From Candidatus Aminicenantes bacterium (GTDB taxonomy: Bacteria > Acidobacteriota > Aminicenantia > Aminicenantales > JAFGBC01), in the NCBI GenBank assembly GCA_963702005.1, contig OY969696.1, positions 3,392,001 through 3,456,000 on the forward strand: a stretch of DNA of 64,000 nt. The letters run 5' to 3'. The notes beneath the pieces were generated by a model. It made no database searches. It saw only the letters and a program-made list of their open reading frames with translations, and was not told the DNA's origin. Of the stretch, positions 49,298 through 59,950 are shown piece by piece (positions within the stretch are counted from its first letter, which is position 1; each line of letters begins with the position of its first letter). Made by a program: the position numbers and the translations under genes.

Positions 49298-50926
49298 TTA
49301 TTTCTGCATTTCGACCGGAATGGCCAGGGGCTTGCGCGGCAGCATCTCCTCCCGCATCGCGGTCTGATAGACGAACGCGGCCATGACGATGGCTGATTGG
49401 ACAAGGTCTTCCGGAACGCAGTGGTCGTAGACGTCCTGGTTGGTGTGATGGAGCGCCGGGAAGTAGTCGATCGGATCCTGGATGAACTGGAATCCCGGGA
49501 TGCCGACATAGTCAAAAGGCAGGTGGTCGGTCCCCTCGGTCGGCTGAAGCGCGATCGTCGTGACCCCCAGGTCCCGCAGCGGCTTCATCCACTCCTCGAA
49601 GATCGGCCGCACCTGGAAATTTTCCTGGATGTAGATTCCCCTGATCCTGCCCGAGCCGTTGTCGTAGTTGAAATATCCCGAAATCTTGTTGTAGTCGGGT
49701 TTGGCGATGATTTTCTTGGAATCGCCGAGCGGGCTCCTCCAATTTTTCTCGTAGGCCTCCCAGTCCGGCTTTTCAAGGGTTTTTTTGTCCGTGTCCGCAA
49801 AGTGCTTGACAACATAACCGCGCGAGCCGTAATAGCCCATTTCTTCACCCGTCCAGAACGCGGCTCGAACGGTCCGCCTCGGTTTTATGCCCAGGGTCTT
49901 GAGGATGCGCATGGCCTCCATGGTCACCATGCAGCCGGATGCATTGTCGACGGCGCCCGTGCCTCCGGCCCAGGAATCGAGGTGCCCTCCGAGCATGACC
50001 AGCTCGCCCTTTTTATCCGTGCCGGGAATCTCCGCGACAACGTTGTAGCCCTCCCGATCCTGATCATAGATCGTGCTTCTGATTTCAATCTCAAGAGTCA
50101 CGGGGACTTTGAGGTCAAGGACGCGGCAAATCCGGGCGTAATGTTCAGCCGACATAACGATCTTCGGGCTTTGACCCGGCGTTTGATTGTCCTTGCCGTC
50201 GCCCCGGTAGGCATCGACATGGACGGTGCCGTAATCGCTCCGGCCCGGAGGGCTGGATTCGACCAGCACGCCCACTCCCTCGGTCCTGTAGAATTCGACG
50301 AGCTCCTCCCATTTGACTTCCGGCTTCGGCTGTTCTTCCCCCGGTTTTATGGGGATGGGAGTGTCGGCGAGTTCCTTGAGGTCCTGTTCGTCGAGGCGAT
50401 GGGCGATCGGCTTGAAGACGGGAGGGGTCGGCCGCGGCTGCTGGGTGAAGACAATAGCCCCCTTGAGCTTGCCCCTGTATTTTTCTAAATCCGCCTTGGT
50501 CTTAATAATAGCGAGCATGGGCTGCCCGGTGATCTTGCCTTTTGTGCCCATGGTCCAGGGGACCGGATAGGCAACGATCGGAAAATACGAGGGCTCGGTC
50601 ATGTGGACGGAAACATACTCATTAGACCAGCCCAGGCCGAACTCGCCGCACGGTTCGACGGCGACATTCTCCATTCCGTACTCTTTGAATTTCGCGACGG
50701 CCCAGTCATAGGCTTTTTTCATAGCCGGCGAGCCGGGAACGCGCGGGCCGATCACGTCGGTCAGGTAGCTGAGATTTTTCATGATCTGGGAACGATTGAC
50801 TCCTTCTTCCCAGATGCGGTTGACCATTTTTGTGTCGGCCCTATCCTGCGGCGCTTGAGAATAAGAGAACGAAAATACAAAAAGTGCCAGAAGGACTCCC
50901 GCGGCTAATAGACGATGCGCTTTCAT
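49298..50926 (-). CDS. M28 family metallopeptidase (carboxypeptidase Q-like)
   Basis: GGHLDSW, GAVDNASG, GEEMG, TDHLPF, HHTNQD, signal peptide. Confidence 0.9.
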   Translation of the reverse strand: MKAHRLLAAGVLLALFVFSFSYSQAPQDRADTKMVNRIWEEGVNRSQIMKNLSYLTDVIGPRVPGSPAMKKAYDWAVAKFKEYGMENVAVEPCGEFGLGWSNEYVSVHMTEPSYFPIVAYPVPWTMGTKGKITGQPMLAIIKTKADLEKYRGKLKGAIVFTQQPRPTPPVFKPIAHRLDEQDLKELADTPIPIKPGEEQPKPEVKWEELVEFYRTEGVGVLVESSPPGRSDYGTVHVDAYRGDGKDNQTPGQSPKIVMSAEHYARICRVLDLKVPVTLEIEIRSTIYDQDREGYNVVAEIPGTDKKGELVMLGGHLDSWAGGTGAVDNASGCMVTMEAMRILKTLGIKPRRTVRAAFWTGEEMGYYGSRGYVVKHFADTDKKTLEKPDWEAYEKNWRSPLGDSKKIIAKPDYNKISGYFNYDNGSGRIRGIYIQENFQVRPIFEEWMKPLRDLGVTTIALQPTEGTDHLPFDYVGIPGFQFIQDPIDYFPALHHTNQDVYDHCVPEDLVQSAIVMAAFVYQTAMREEMLPRKPLAIPVEMQK

Positions 50927-51059
50927 CCGAGTTCCCTCCTACCTAAATATTAGGCTTCTATTATAATTTTCTTTTAGGATAGGGGGAAAGGTTTTTTTTG
51001 CAGGCGCGCTTCCAGGAGGGCGATGATCCGTTCGGAAAGGTTGCGGCCGATCTCCATGA

Positions 51060-52787
51060 TCAGGAGAAGCGGGACGGCTCGGTCCCGCCACCCGTCGTCT
51101 CACGTCTCCTCATGGCATCGAGGATGATCAGGGCGTTATCCCCGTAGACGTTGTTTTTATTATTGGTGACGCCGTGCTCTAGGGTGAAGACGCCATCCTG
51201 CCAACGGAACAGCTCCGCCAGCGCCTCCTCACCGGACAACACCCCTTGGATGACGTACTTGATCTTCCCCGCCTCGACATAGATCCTCCCCTCCTGGTCG
51301 CTGCTCCTCACCATGACCAGGACGGTCTTGACCCCATAGTCGAGGACCTGCAGCAGATCGGGAAGAAGGAACTCCTTCAGGTTGCCCACCACCCCGCCCC
51401 GCTTCGGCACCGGAGAACGATCCTTGTATTTCTTTGTCCTCTTGAAGAGATTCTCGATCTTGACAACGAACTCGCCGAGCTCGTAGGGCTTGGGTATGAA
51501 GTCGTCCGCGCCTATCCGGTAGGCCTTGATTCGGTCGGCGGCGTTGTTGCCGGTGGAGAGGAAGATGAACAGAGTCTCCTCCAGATCGGGATTGTTCCGC
51601 ACATACTCCAGCAGCTTGTGGCTTTCGCGATCCTTAAGGACCAGTTCCGAGACGATGAGGTCGGGATCCTGTGTCCCCGCCAGGCTGATGCCGTCCTCGA
51701 CGTTCCGGGCGGTGATGACTTCATAGCCTTCCAGGTCGAGGACTATCTTGAGCCGGGCCAGGTTCTTGATGTCGTCGTCCACCAGGAGGATTTTGAGCGA
51801 GCCTTTCTGCAGCCGGTCCGAGAAGTGCTTGCGCGCCACCTCCAGGAAGACCTCGACTACCTCCGGATCGAACTGTATCCCGGCGTTGGCGTTGATCTCG
51901 CGCAGGGCCTCCTCCATGTGGAACACTTGCCGATAGGGGCGGCGGGAAATCATGGCGTGAAAGGCGTCGACCACGGCGATGACCCTTGAACCGATGGGGA
52001 TTTCCCGCCCCTTGAGGCCATCGGGGTAGCCGTTGCCGTCAAAGCGCTCATGATGGTGCTTGATGATGGGGAGGATATTCCAGGGGAAGGGGATATCCTT
52101 CAGCAACTCGCAGGCCACCAGGGGGTGATTCTTCATGGCATCCTGCTGCTTGTCGTCGAGGCCGCTCTTCTTCCAGAGAATGTCCTTCTGGATGCCGAGC
52201 TTACCGATGTCATAGAGGGAGGCGGCAACCTCGGTGGCGCTGACGATCTCCGGAGGGAGTTTCATAATCTCGGCTATCTTGGCGCTGCAGGTGACAATAG
52301 ACTCGATGTTCCCTTTCTGGAAGGGATCTTCCATGTCCAGCAGCGACTGGAAGATGTTGGCCACCTGGACGAGGCTTTTCTTCAGCTTCTCCTTCTCGGC
52401 GACCTCCTTGCGGCTGGCAACCGTGGCCTGGGCTTTTCCGGTTAGGATAGTGCGCAGCAGCGCCCCAGAGACGACGAAGTCGGAGATCCCGAAGGCAGAT
52501 ACATCAGCCTGAGTACGGATGCTCTTGAAGTTGGTGACGAAGAGCAAGGTATCGGGAGGAATCTTCTTGACCAGCTCCTCCAGGTATTGATCAGGGCTCA
52601 TCCCCCCCAGGAAATCACCGGTGGGCGAACCCTGAATAATGACGATGTCGTAACCGCCCCCGGTAGCCAGAGCTATTCCCTGCGGGACTTTATCGGCGTA
52701 TTCCACCGTGCCCACCTCCGGCGCCATGTTGGAGAAGAGGAACCGGAGTATCCCGTTTTCGTCATTGACGATGAGAAAACGAGCCAT
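51060..52787 (-). CDS. Degenerate REC + HD-GYP + REC + DUF4388/PATAN multidomain signalling protein
   Basis: HHHERFDGNGYPDGL, LLVDDD...GADDFIPKP, GNLKEFLLPDLLQ...W.DG.F. Promoter TTGACG-N17-TATATT at 52907-52879. Confidence 0.85.
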   Translation of the reverse strand: MARFLIVNDENGILRFLFSNMAPEVGTVEYADKVPQGIALATGGGYDIVIIQGSPTGDFLGGMSPDQYLEELVKKIPPDTLLFVTNFKSIRTQADVSAFGISDFVVSGALLRTILTGKAQATVASRKEVAEKEKLKKSLVQVANIFQSLLDMEDPFQKGNIESIVTCSAKIAEIMKLPPEIVSATEVAASLYDIGKLGIQKDILWKKSGLDDKQQDAMKNHPLVACELLKDIPFPWNILPIIKHHHERFDGNGYPDGLKGREIPIGSRVIAVVDAFHAMISRRPYRQVFHMEEALREINANAGIQFDPEVVEVFLEVARKHFSDRLQKGSLKILLVDDDIKNLARLKIVLDLEGYEVITARNVEDGISLAGTQDPDLIVSELVLKDRESHKLLEYVRNNPDLEETLFIFLSTGNNAADRIKAYRIGADDFIPKPYELGEFVVKIENLFKRTKKYKDRSPVPKRGGVVGNLKEFLLPDLLQVLDYGVKTVLVMVRSSDQEGRIYVEAGKIKYVIQGVLSGEEALAELFRWQDGVFTLEHGVTNNKNNVYGDNALIILDAMRRRETTGGGTEPSRFS

Positions 52788-52987
52788 AGTGCCTCCCTGG
52801 TTTACAGGATTTTCCTTTTTCCGCAGCGTGGAGGATGCCCCTCCTTTACGAGGAATCCCCGCTCTCAACCACGCCTTAAATATAATACGGGCCGGGGCCG
52901 GCGTCAAGGACCCCTCGGGGCAGCCAAGAAAAGGTTCTTTGGTAAAGGATCGCCGAATCGGGGCGGGTGCGCGCTAGAAGCCCCGGC

Positions 52988-54454
52988 TCAGCTCCGGCGG
53001 CGCCTCGAATCGGGCGGGCGGCGCGAGCGCCCGTCGCGGCGCTGCATGTGCGGGCGATCCGAGCCGCCGCGCGTCGCAGGGGGATTTTCTTCGAGGTCCG
53101 GCGGGACGAGCGGGGCGTGGAATGTCTCCTGGTAGAAATCATCCAGCAGCATGGCCAACAGAGCGGTCTCTTCGCTCTCCTCTTCCAGGCTGCGCGCCAG
53201 CGGCAGGAAACGCTGCATGCGCTCGGCCTTCAGACTATCGCGGCTGCGCAGGCGCGCTTCCAGCAGGGCGATGATCCGTTCGGAGACGATCCGCTCGACG
53301 TCTTCGTCGCTGGGCAAGGCGCGTTCCTGGATGTTGATGCTGAAGCGTTTGGCGATGCTCAGCAAACCGGCCCGCTCCATCCCGCTGACCAGCGTGATCG
53401 CAGTGCCGCTGCCGCCAGCCCGCCCGGTGCGCCCGGCCCGGTGAATGTAGCCTTCGGGGTCTTCGGGCGGCTCGTATTGGATGACGTGCGACAGCTCGGG
53501 CAGGTCTATTCCCCGCGCGGCCACATCCGTCGCCACCGGAAAGCGCAGCGTCCCCCGGCGCACCCGATCCATCACCTTTCCGCGGTCCGCCTGGGACAGA
53601 TCGGAGCTCAAGCCGTCGGCATCATAGCCGAACCGCTGCAGCACAACCGTCACGTATTCCACCTGCGCCTTGGTGTTGCAGAAGATCAAGGCGGAAGGCG
53701 GATTCTCGGCTTCGATGATGCGCACCAAACTGCGGTCTTTATCCATGCGGGGCACCGCGTAAAAGACATGCTCGACCTCGGTCACGTGGATATGGTCGCT
53801 GCTCAGGTTCAGAAAACCCTGCTCATGTAGGAATTGGCCGGCCAGTCGGATGACCTGGGGCGGGAAGGTGGCCGAGAACATAAAGGTGCTGACCCGCCGC
53901 TGGGGAAGGTAGGACTGCACGCGTCGCATGTCGGGGTAGAAGCCCATCGAAAGCATGCGGTCGGCTTCATCGAAAATCAAGAAGGTCAGCTGATCGAGCG
54001 TCAGGGACCGCCGCAGCAGGTGATCGAGGATGCGCCCCGGAGTGCCGATCACCAGGTGCGCGCCGGCCTTGAAAGCCGCCAACTGTTGGCCGTAACCGAC
54101 GCCGCCGTAAACGGCTATGTTGCGAACACCGGTGGTACGGCCCAGGATTTCGGCTTCGGAAGCTACCTGCAGGGCAAGCTCACGGGTCGGCACCAGCACC
54201 AGAGCCTGGGTGGCCCGTTTTTCCGTGTTGACGAGCTCCAGGATCGGCATTAGAAAGGCGCCGGTCTTGCCGCTGCCCGTGCGCGATTGGATCATCATGT
54301 CGCGCCGGGCGAAAAGATAGGGAATGGCCTGGGCTTGGACCGGCATCAATTCCGACCAGCCCGCCCGGGCCGCTGCTTGGCGCAGCTTTTCGGGCAGGCC
54401 GGCCAGGGTAGCCGGCGGAAGCACGTCCGCGTGTTTTTCAGGTTCCTTAACCAT
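52988..54454 (-). CDS. DEAD-box RNA helicase
   Basis: Q motif, TGSGKT, PTRELA, DEAD, SAT, ARGID, HRAGRTGRAG. Confidence 0.93.
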   Translation of the reverse strand: MVKEPEKHADVLPPATLAGLPEKLRQAAARAGWSELMPVQAQAIPYLFARRDMMIQSRTGSGKTGAFLMPILELVNTEKRATQALVLVPTRELALQVASEAEILGRTTGVRNIAVYGGVGYGQQLAAFKAGAHLVIGTPGRILDHLLRRSLTLDQLTFLIFDEADRMLSMGFYPDMRRVQSYLPQRRVSTFMFSATFPPQVIRLAGQFLHEQGFLNLSSDHIHVTEVEHVFYAVPRMDKDRSLVRIIEAENPPSALIFCNTKAQVEYVTVVLQRFGYDADGLSSDLSQADRGKVMDRVRRGTLRFPVATDVAARGIDLPELSHVIQYEPPEDPEGYIHRAGRTGRAGGSGTAITLVSGMERAGLLSIAKRFSINIQERALPSDEDVERIVSERIIALLEARLRSRDSLKAERMQRFLPLARSLEEESEETALLAMLLDDFYQETFHAPLVPPDLEENPPATRGGSDRPHMQRRDGRSRRPPDSRRRRS

Positions 54455-54602
54455 TCGGGTTTCCGCTTTCCTTCCAAGAGTTAGTTTTCATTATCGCTCA
54501 TTTGAGCACTGAAGCGCAAACCCGCGCGCAACCGCTCCTGCACGCCAACCTCGTCTGGCTTTCCGATTTGAAGTGTATGAGGAACTTAAGCCTGAGGCCC
54601 GC

Positions 54603-54797
54603 TTAAGGTCTACCAGTAAGGAAACCGCCCATGAAAAAGCCGAATCCCAGGACGGATTCACAATGGGGACACGAGTACATGATTTCTTTTTTGACTACGC
54701 CGGATACCTCTTTGTGCACTTCTTCGGTAAATTCAGCAGATTCTCTTTTGGTTTTTTCCAAAGTGATCGCTTGTTTGCAATACGGACATTTTGCCAT
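54603..54797 (-). CDS. Small zinc-ribbon protein
   Basis: CPYC and CPHC pairs, RBS AAGGAG. Confidence 0.7.
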   Translation of the reverse strand: MAKCPYCKQAITLEKTKRESAEFTEEVHKEVSGVVKKEIMYSCPHCESVLGFGFFMGGFLTGRP

Positions 54798-54833
54798 TTC
54801 TCTCTCCTTATCTGTAATGCTCGGACGAACGGG

Positions 54834-55478
54834 TCATAATTGCCGGGCGAGCGCCATGAGGGCTAAAGACAAAGCAACGGCCAAGGAGGGTTCGAGGAAC
54901 TTGATCCTGAGTCTGAGGCCCGCCGCTTTTTCACCCGCCCAGATCCCGAGCGGCACCGAAATAAGCGAGAGCCCGACCGCAAGCGGCGCGTAATACCAGG
55001 CGAGGGGGATGCTCGTCCCGGGCGCCAGACAGGCCGCGATTCCCGTCACGGACTTGACTAACGGAAAAGAGCCGGCCGCAGCCAGGGCCGCCGAGCCTCC
55101 CCAAACCGCCCGGCCGGCCGTCCTCTTTCCGAGCTTCCCCGCCACGACCGCGGCGACCACAACAAACGCCGCTCCCTCCAGGACGAAGGCGAAAATGGGG
55201 TTGGCGATCGCCCCATCCCGGAGGGGCAAGGACAGAAGGAGGGCGTCAAACATCTTGAAAAGAGCGGCGACGGCGACGAGCAAGGCGACGCTCCAGGCAT
55301 TTTCCGTGGCCGCCCAGGCCGCGGCGATGAAGAACAGCGCGACGCCCGTCATCAACGAGCCCGACATCTTCGAGGCGCAGGCGTGAAGGGCGGCTCCCAG
55401 CACGCACTCCGAAAGCCCCCAGGCGGAGCCGAGGATGACGACGGTTCCCAGCGCGTTCACGGCGTTTCTTTTTTCCAT
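54834..55478 (-). CDS. Hypothetical polytopic membrane protein (possible ECF S-component-like)
   Basis: About 6 TM helices in 214 aa, AAGGAG RBS, directly downstream of the molybdoenzyme large subunit. Confidence 0.6.
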   Translation of the reverse strand: MEKRNAVNALGTVVILGSAWGLSECVLGAALHACASKMSGSLMTGVALFFIAAAWAATENAWSVALLVAVAALFKMFDALLLSLPLRDGAIANPIFAFVLEGAAFVVVAAVVAGKLGKRTAGRAVWGGSAALAAAGSFPLVKSVTGIAACLAPGTSIPLAWYYAPLAVGLSLISVPLGIWAGEKAAGLRLRIKFLEPSLAVALSLALMALARQL

Positions 55479-55498
55479 TTTTCGCTCCTTGGTCCCGC

Positions 55499-57667
55499 CT
55501 ACTTCGCCGCGCCCTTGGCCATGGCGGCTTTGACCCGCTCCGGAGTCATGGGCAGTTGGTACAGCCTGGCCCCCGTCGCGTCAAAGACGGCGTTGGCCAG
55601 GACGGCGCCCATGTTGATAATGGCCGGCTCCCCGCCTCCCGACGGCGCGAGGTCGTTATTCTCGACGAGCACGGCCTCGATCTTAGGCAGCCAGGAAAAG
55701 CGCGGGATCTCGTAGGTGTCGAAGTTGAGGTCGCTGATCTCTCCGCCCTTGAAATGAACCTCTTCGCTCAGGGCGTAACCCAGCCCCATGGTGCAGCAGC
55801 CTTCGATCTGGATGATCGCGCCTTCGGGGTTTATGACCTGGCCCATGTCCTGGGCGCAGACGATCCTTTTGACTTGGACGCTTCCCTCCGTCTTGTCCAC
55901 TTCGACTTCGGCGATAGTGGCGATGTAGGTATCCAGATAATTCGAGCAGACGATCCCGAGGCCCCTCCCGCCCGGCAACGCGGCCGGCATCCAGCCGAAC
56001 TTTTCCGCCGCGGTCCTTGAGGACACGCTTCATCCTCTCGTCGGCCAGGTTCCTCATCCGGAACTCGAGGGGGTCGGCGCCCGCCTTCGCGGCCATGATG
56101 TCGATCTGGCTCTCGCGGGCGAAGACGTTGGTGTTGGAGCCCGGCGCCCTCCAGGCTCCGACCGCGAAGGGATGGCCGCCGGCCGCGGCCGCGCCCCCGC
56201 CCCACTCCCCTCGCGAGGCCGTGCGGTGGTGGGGGATATTGTAGAACTGGTCCGCGCTCCTGGAGCCGGCGAAATAAACCGAATAGTCCCAGAGGACGAT
56301 CTTCCCCGCGCCGTCCATTCCGGACCTGATCTTGACCACGGCCGCCGGCCGGAAGGTGTCGTTGAAGAACTCGTCTTCCCGGCTCCAGGCGACCTGGACG
56401 GGCTTCCCCGTGAGCTTCGCCAGCATCGCTGCCTGGACGGCCTGCGTGTTCAAATTCTTGCCGCCGAACCCTCCCCCGACGAAGGGCGCGATAACCCGAA
56501 CATTCCCGGGCGGAAAGCCCAACGCCTGGGCGATCTCGTCCTTGGCCCGGAAGGGCGATTGCGTCGAGGGCCAGACCGTGGCCTTGTCCCCCTCGATCTT
56601 GGCCGTCGCCGTGTGGGTCTCGATTGCGGCGTGGGCCACGTAGCTGTTGAGATAGGTCTCGTTGAAGAGCGCGGCCGCGAGCGCCTCGCCCTGTTTGAGG
56701 TCGCCGCCCTCGGCGATAACCCGGGCCTCGGGCGCGATCGCAAGCAGGTGCTCGAAGATCGTCTTGTCATCGAGGTCGGATTTCGGGACGTCGTATTCGG
56801 CCTTGACTAGGGCGAGCGCCTCTATCGGCGGCGTCCGGATGTTCGTGGAGGACGGCGACGAGGTCGCCGTCGCGGACGACCTTGACCCCGGGGATCTTTT
56901 CGGCCGGAGACGTGTCGAGCGTCGTGAGCTTCGCCCCGTGGACGGGCGGCCTGAGGATTTTTGCGTAGAGCAGGCCGGGCAGGCGGATGTCGCCAGCGTA
57001 GAGGGCCTTTCCTGTGACTTTTTGGAGGGCGTCCCTGCGAAGGACGGGCTTGCCCATGACGGCCCACTCCGCGACCGGTTTGGGGGACGGCTTTTGGGCG
57101 AGCTGACGTACGATCCTTTTCCCGGCCGCAAGCTCCGCGTAGCTGACCTTGTTCGCGGGGCGGCCCTTCTCCGAAACGACACCGTCCTTGACGGCGAGCT
57201 TGTTCGCGGGAACCTTGAGCCTTTCCGCGGCCAGCTCGAAGAGGATGCCCCTGGCCTCGGCCCCGGCCGCCCTCAGGGCGGGGCCGAAATAGCGAGTAGT
57301 CCTGGAGCCGAACGTTCCCATGTCATAGGGACAGAGGTCCGTGTCGCCCAGGACCATATCCACGGAATCCAGCGGGATGTCCAGCTCGTCGGCTATCATC
57401 TGGGCCAAAGACGTGATCACGCCCTGGCCCATCTCGATCTTGCCGGCGAAGCAGGACACCCGGCCGTCCTCCCCGACCCTGAGATAGGCGTTGAGGTCCG
57501 TCGGGATATTCGGGTCCGCCCTCCCTCCGCCGCCCTTCCTGAAGAAGGGCTGCTTCGCCCCAAGAGACGGCGACGACGATCCCGCCGCCCATGAGCTTCA
57601 TGAAGTCCCGGCGCCGGATCGAGCTATCCTTTATATATATATATTCGTCGAGCTCATCATTTTTCAT
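55499..57667 (-). CDS. Xanthine dehydrogenase-family molybdopterin-binding subunit (IorB-like); three +1 frameshifts (~57504, ~56820, ~56016)
   Basis: RRRDFMK Tat-like motif, [46 protein letters not shown]. Pieces join on removal of single bases. Confidence 0.85.
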
Positions 57668-58146
57668 GGCGGGCTCCTTCCGTTAACGTCCCGGCCGCAT
57701 CCTGGACCGCTTGGACGATGCGGGTGTGGGCCCCGCAGCGGCACAGGTTCCAATTCAGGGCGTCCGCGATATCGCTCGGAGCAGGCTTCGGGATTTTTAA
57801 GGAGCAGACTATAGGCCGTGAGGATCATGCCCGGCGTGCAATAACCGCACTGCAGGGCGTCGTGCTTCATGAACGCTTCCTGCAGGGGATGAAGACGGCC
57901 GTCCCGGGCCAGGCCCTCGATCGTCAGGACCTTCTTACCCGCGACGTCCTTCACCGGAACGACGCAGGAGCGGACGGCCTCGTCGTCGACGATGACGGTG
58001 CAGGCCCCGCACAGGCTTTTACCGCAGCCGAACTTCGTCCCGGTCAGCCCGAGGTCTGTCCGCAGGACCCAGAGGAGCATGCGCTCCCCGTCCACGGACA
58101 GGCTCACGGGCTTGCCGTTCAAGATGAAACGGATGGTTTGATCCAT
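57657..58146 (-). CDS. (2Fe-2S)-binding subunit (IorA/CoxS-like); one +1 frameshift at ~57791
   Basis: GTKFGCGxxxCGACTV, QCGYCTPG. The corrected frame gives NLCRCGAH and a stop at 57657. Confidence 0.85.
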
Positions 58147-58272
58147 GACGGCCTCCCATTCTCTTGATGGAAAGTTAGCACTTTCGATCGAGGATGTCAA
58201 AAGCGAGATAGCGGGCGGAGCTTTTCATCGGCGCCGGATTGTGTTAACTACTTATGGTAAGAGGATGAGGGA

Positions 58273-59340
58273 ATGAAAGACATCTACTTGAGCGTCGCCG
58301 CCAGGCTGGCCAAGAAACAGCGCTTCGCCCTAGCCGTCATCCTCGGCGCCGAAGGCTCGGCCCCACAGGGGGCGGGCGCGGCGGCGATCTTCTCCTCGAA
58401 GGGGCTCAGCGAAGGCACGGTCGGCGGAGGCGCGCTCGAAGCCGGCATCCGGAAGAAGGCCGTCGCGGCCCTCGGGAAGGGCCGTCCCCTCGTCGTGAAT
58501 TACGTCCTCAAAGGGGAAAGTACGGCCGCGGACACTCCCATCTGCGGCGGAAGGGTCCGGGTCCTCATCGACCCTCGCCCCGGGAAGGATAAGGATGTCT
58601 TTAGCCGCCTCAGTCGGTCGCTCGCGGTGAATGAGCGGGGCGTCCTGATCACGTCGGTGCGCAGCCTCTCCCCAGAGAGGGTCGTCCTACGGCGGGACTG
58701 GATCGAGGCCGGGTCGAGATCCCCTTTTGACCGAGACATCGTGAAAGCCTTGTCCGGCGGAGAGCCCCGGCTGGCCGTGTTCAGGACCGAGTCCCGTTCG
58801 AGCCGACTCACAGAGGAGTATCTTTTTCTGGAACCCGTCCTTCCCCCGGCGCGCCTGGTGATCGCGGGCGCGGGCCATATCGGACGGGCCGTTTCGCATC
58901 TGGGCCGGCTCCTGGATTTCGACGTCACGGTCATCGACGACCGGCGCGAGTTCGCGAACAGGAAGAACCTCCCCGACGCCGACCATGTCGTCCGGGCCGA
59001 TATCGGGAAAGCTTTGCGGGCGTTCCCTTTCTCGCGGGACACTTATGTCGTCATCGTCACGCGGGGTCATGCGCGCGATGCCGACGCCCTCCGGGCCTGC
59101 TTCCGTTCGAAAGCCGGCTACGTCGGGATGGTGGGCAGCAGGATCAAGGTCGCGCTGATGCGGAAGGAATTCATCGCCCGGGGTTGGGCGACGGCGCGCC
59201 AGTTCGACCGCGTCCACTCACCGATCGGCCTTCCCATCCGCTCCAAGACCGTCCAGGAGATCGCCGTCAGCATCGCCGCCGAGCTCGTCCTGGCCCGCCG
59301 CGAGATCCGGGAAAGGAAAGGGAAGGGCGCCGGCAAATGA
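58273..59340 (+). CDS. xdhC: XdhC/CoxI family molybdenum cofactor chaperone
   Basis: GSAPQGAGA, GTVGGG, CGG, GAGHIG, VIDDR, TRGH..D, YVGMVGS, PIGL. Confidence 0.88.
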   Translation: MKDIYLSVAARLAKKQRFALAVILGAEGSAPQGAGAAAIFSSKGLSEGTVGGGALEAGIRKKAVAALGKGRPLVVNYVLKGESTAADTPICGGRVRVLIDPRPGKDKDVFSRLSRSLAVNERGVLITSVRSLSPERVVLRRDWIEAGSRSPFDRDIVKALSGGEPRLAVFRTESRSSRLTEEYLFLEPVLPPARLVIAGAGHIGRAVSHLGRLLDFDVTVIDDRREFANRKNLPDADHVVRADIGKALRAFPFSRDTYVVIVTRGHARDADALRACFRSKAGYVGMVGSRIKVALMRKEFIARGWATARQFDRVHSPIGLPIRSKTVQEIAVSIAAELVLARREIRERKGKGAGK

Positions 59341-59918
59341 TCTGGGCCGTCGTTTTGGCCGCGGGGAAGTCGGAGAGGATGGGGAGCGCCAAGCTCCTCC
59401 TCCCGATGGGGAGAAGCACGCTCATCGAAACCGTCATCGGCGGCATCCTGCGCTCCCGTCCGGACGGCGTTCTCGTCGTTTTGGGGGCTGACCGGGAAAA
59501 GCTCGAGCCGGTCATCGGGAAATACCCGGTGCGGACCGTCTTCAATCCGGATTTCGAACAGGGCATGTTGTCATCTGTGAAGCGCGGATTCGAAGCCGTC
59601 CCGCCCGACGCCCGGGCCGTCCTCGTCTTCCTGGGCGACCAGCCGGCTCCCCCGGCTTCGGTCACCGGCCGCATCATCGACGCTTACCGGAAGACGGGAA
59701 AGGGAATCGTCCTTCCGGCGTATCGGGGCCGGCGCGGCCACCCCGTTCTCATCGACGTGAAATACCGCGGCGAGGTCGCGGCCCTCGATCCGTGGATCGG
59801 ATTGAGGCAGCTTCCACACGCCCATCCGGACGATGTCCTCGAGGTCAAGGTGAGGACGGAGGCTGTTCTTAGGGACATCGACACGCCGGAGGATTATCGG
59901 GCGCTCTTGAAGTCATAA
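59337..59918 (+). CDS. mocA: Molybdenum cofactor cytidylyltransferase (MocA-like nucleotidyltransferase)
   Basis: VLAAGKSERMG..KLLL, GMLSS, LGDQP, RGHPV, DIDTPEDY. ATGA overlap with xdhC. Confidence 0.85.
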   Translation: MIWAVVLAAGKSERMGSAKLLLPMGRSTLIETVIGGILRSRPDGVLVVLGADREKLEPVIGKYPVRTVFNPDFEQGMLSSVKRGFEAVPPDARAVLVFLGDQPAPPASVTGRIIDAYRKTGKGIVLPAYRGRRGHPVLIDVKYRGEVAALDPWIGLRQLPHAHPDDVLEVKVRTEAVLRDIDTPEDYRALLKS

Positions 59919-59950
59919 GCCCGCCCCCTCCGGGCTCATTAAGGACATTT

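Noticed and set aside
55499-58146. Split multi-subunit molybdoenzyme suggested by the ORF track
   Set aside because: Removing four single bases restores one IorB-like and one IorA-like ORF with all motifs intact.
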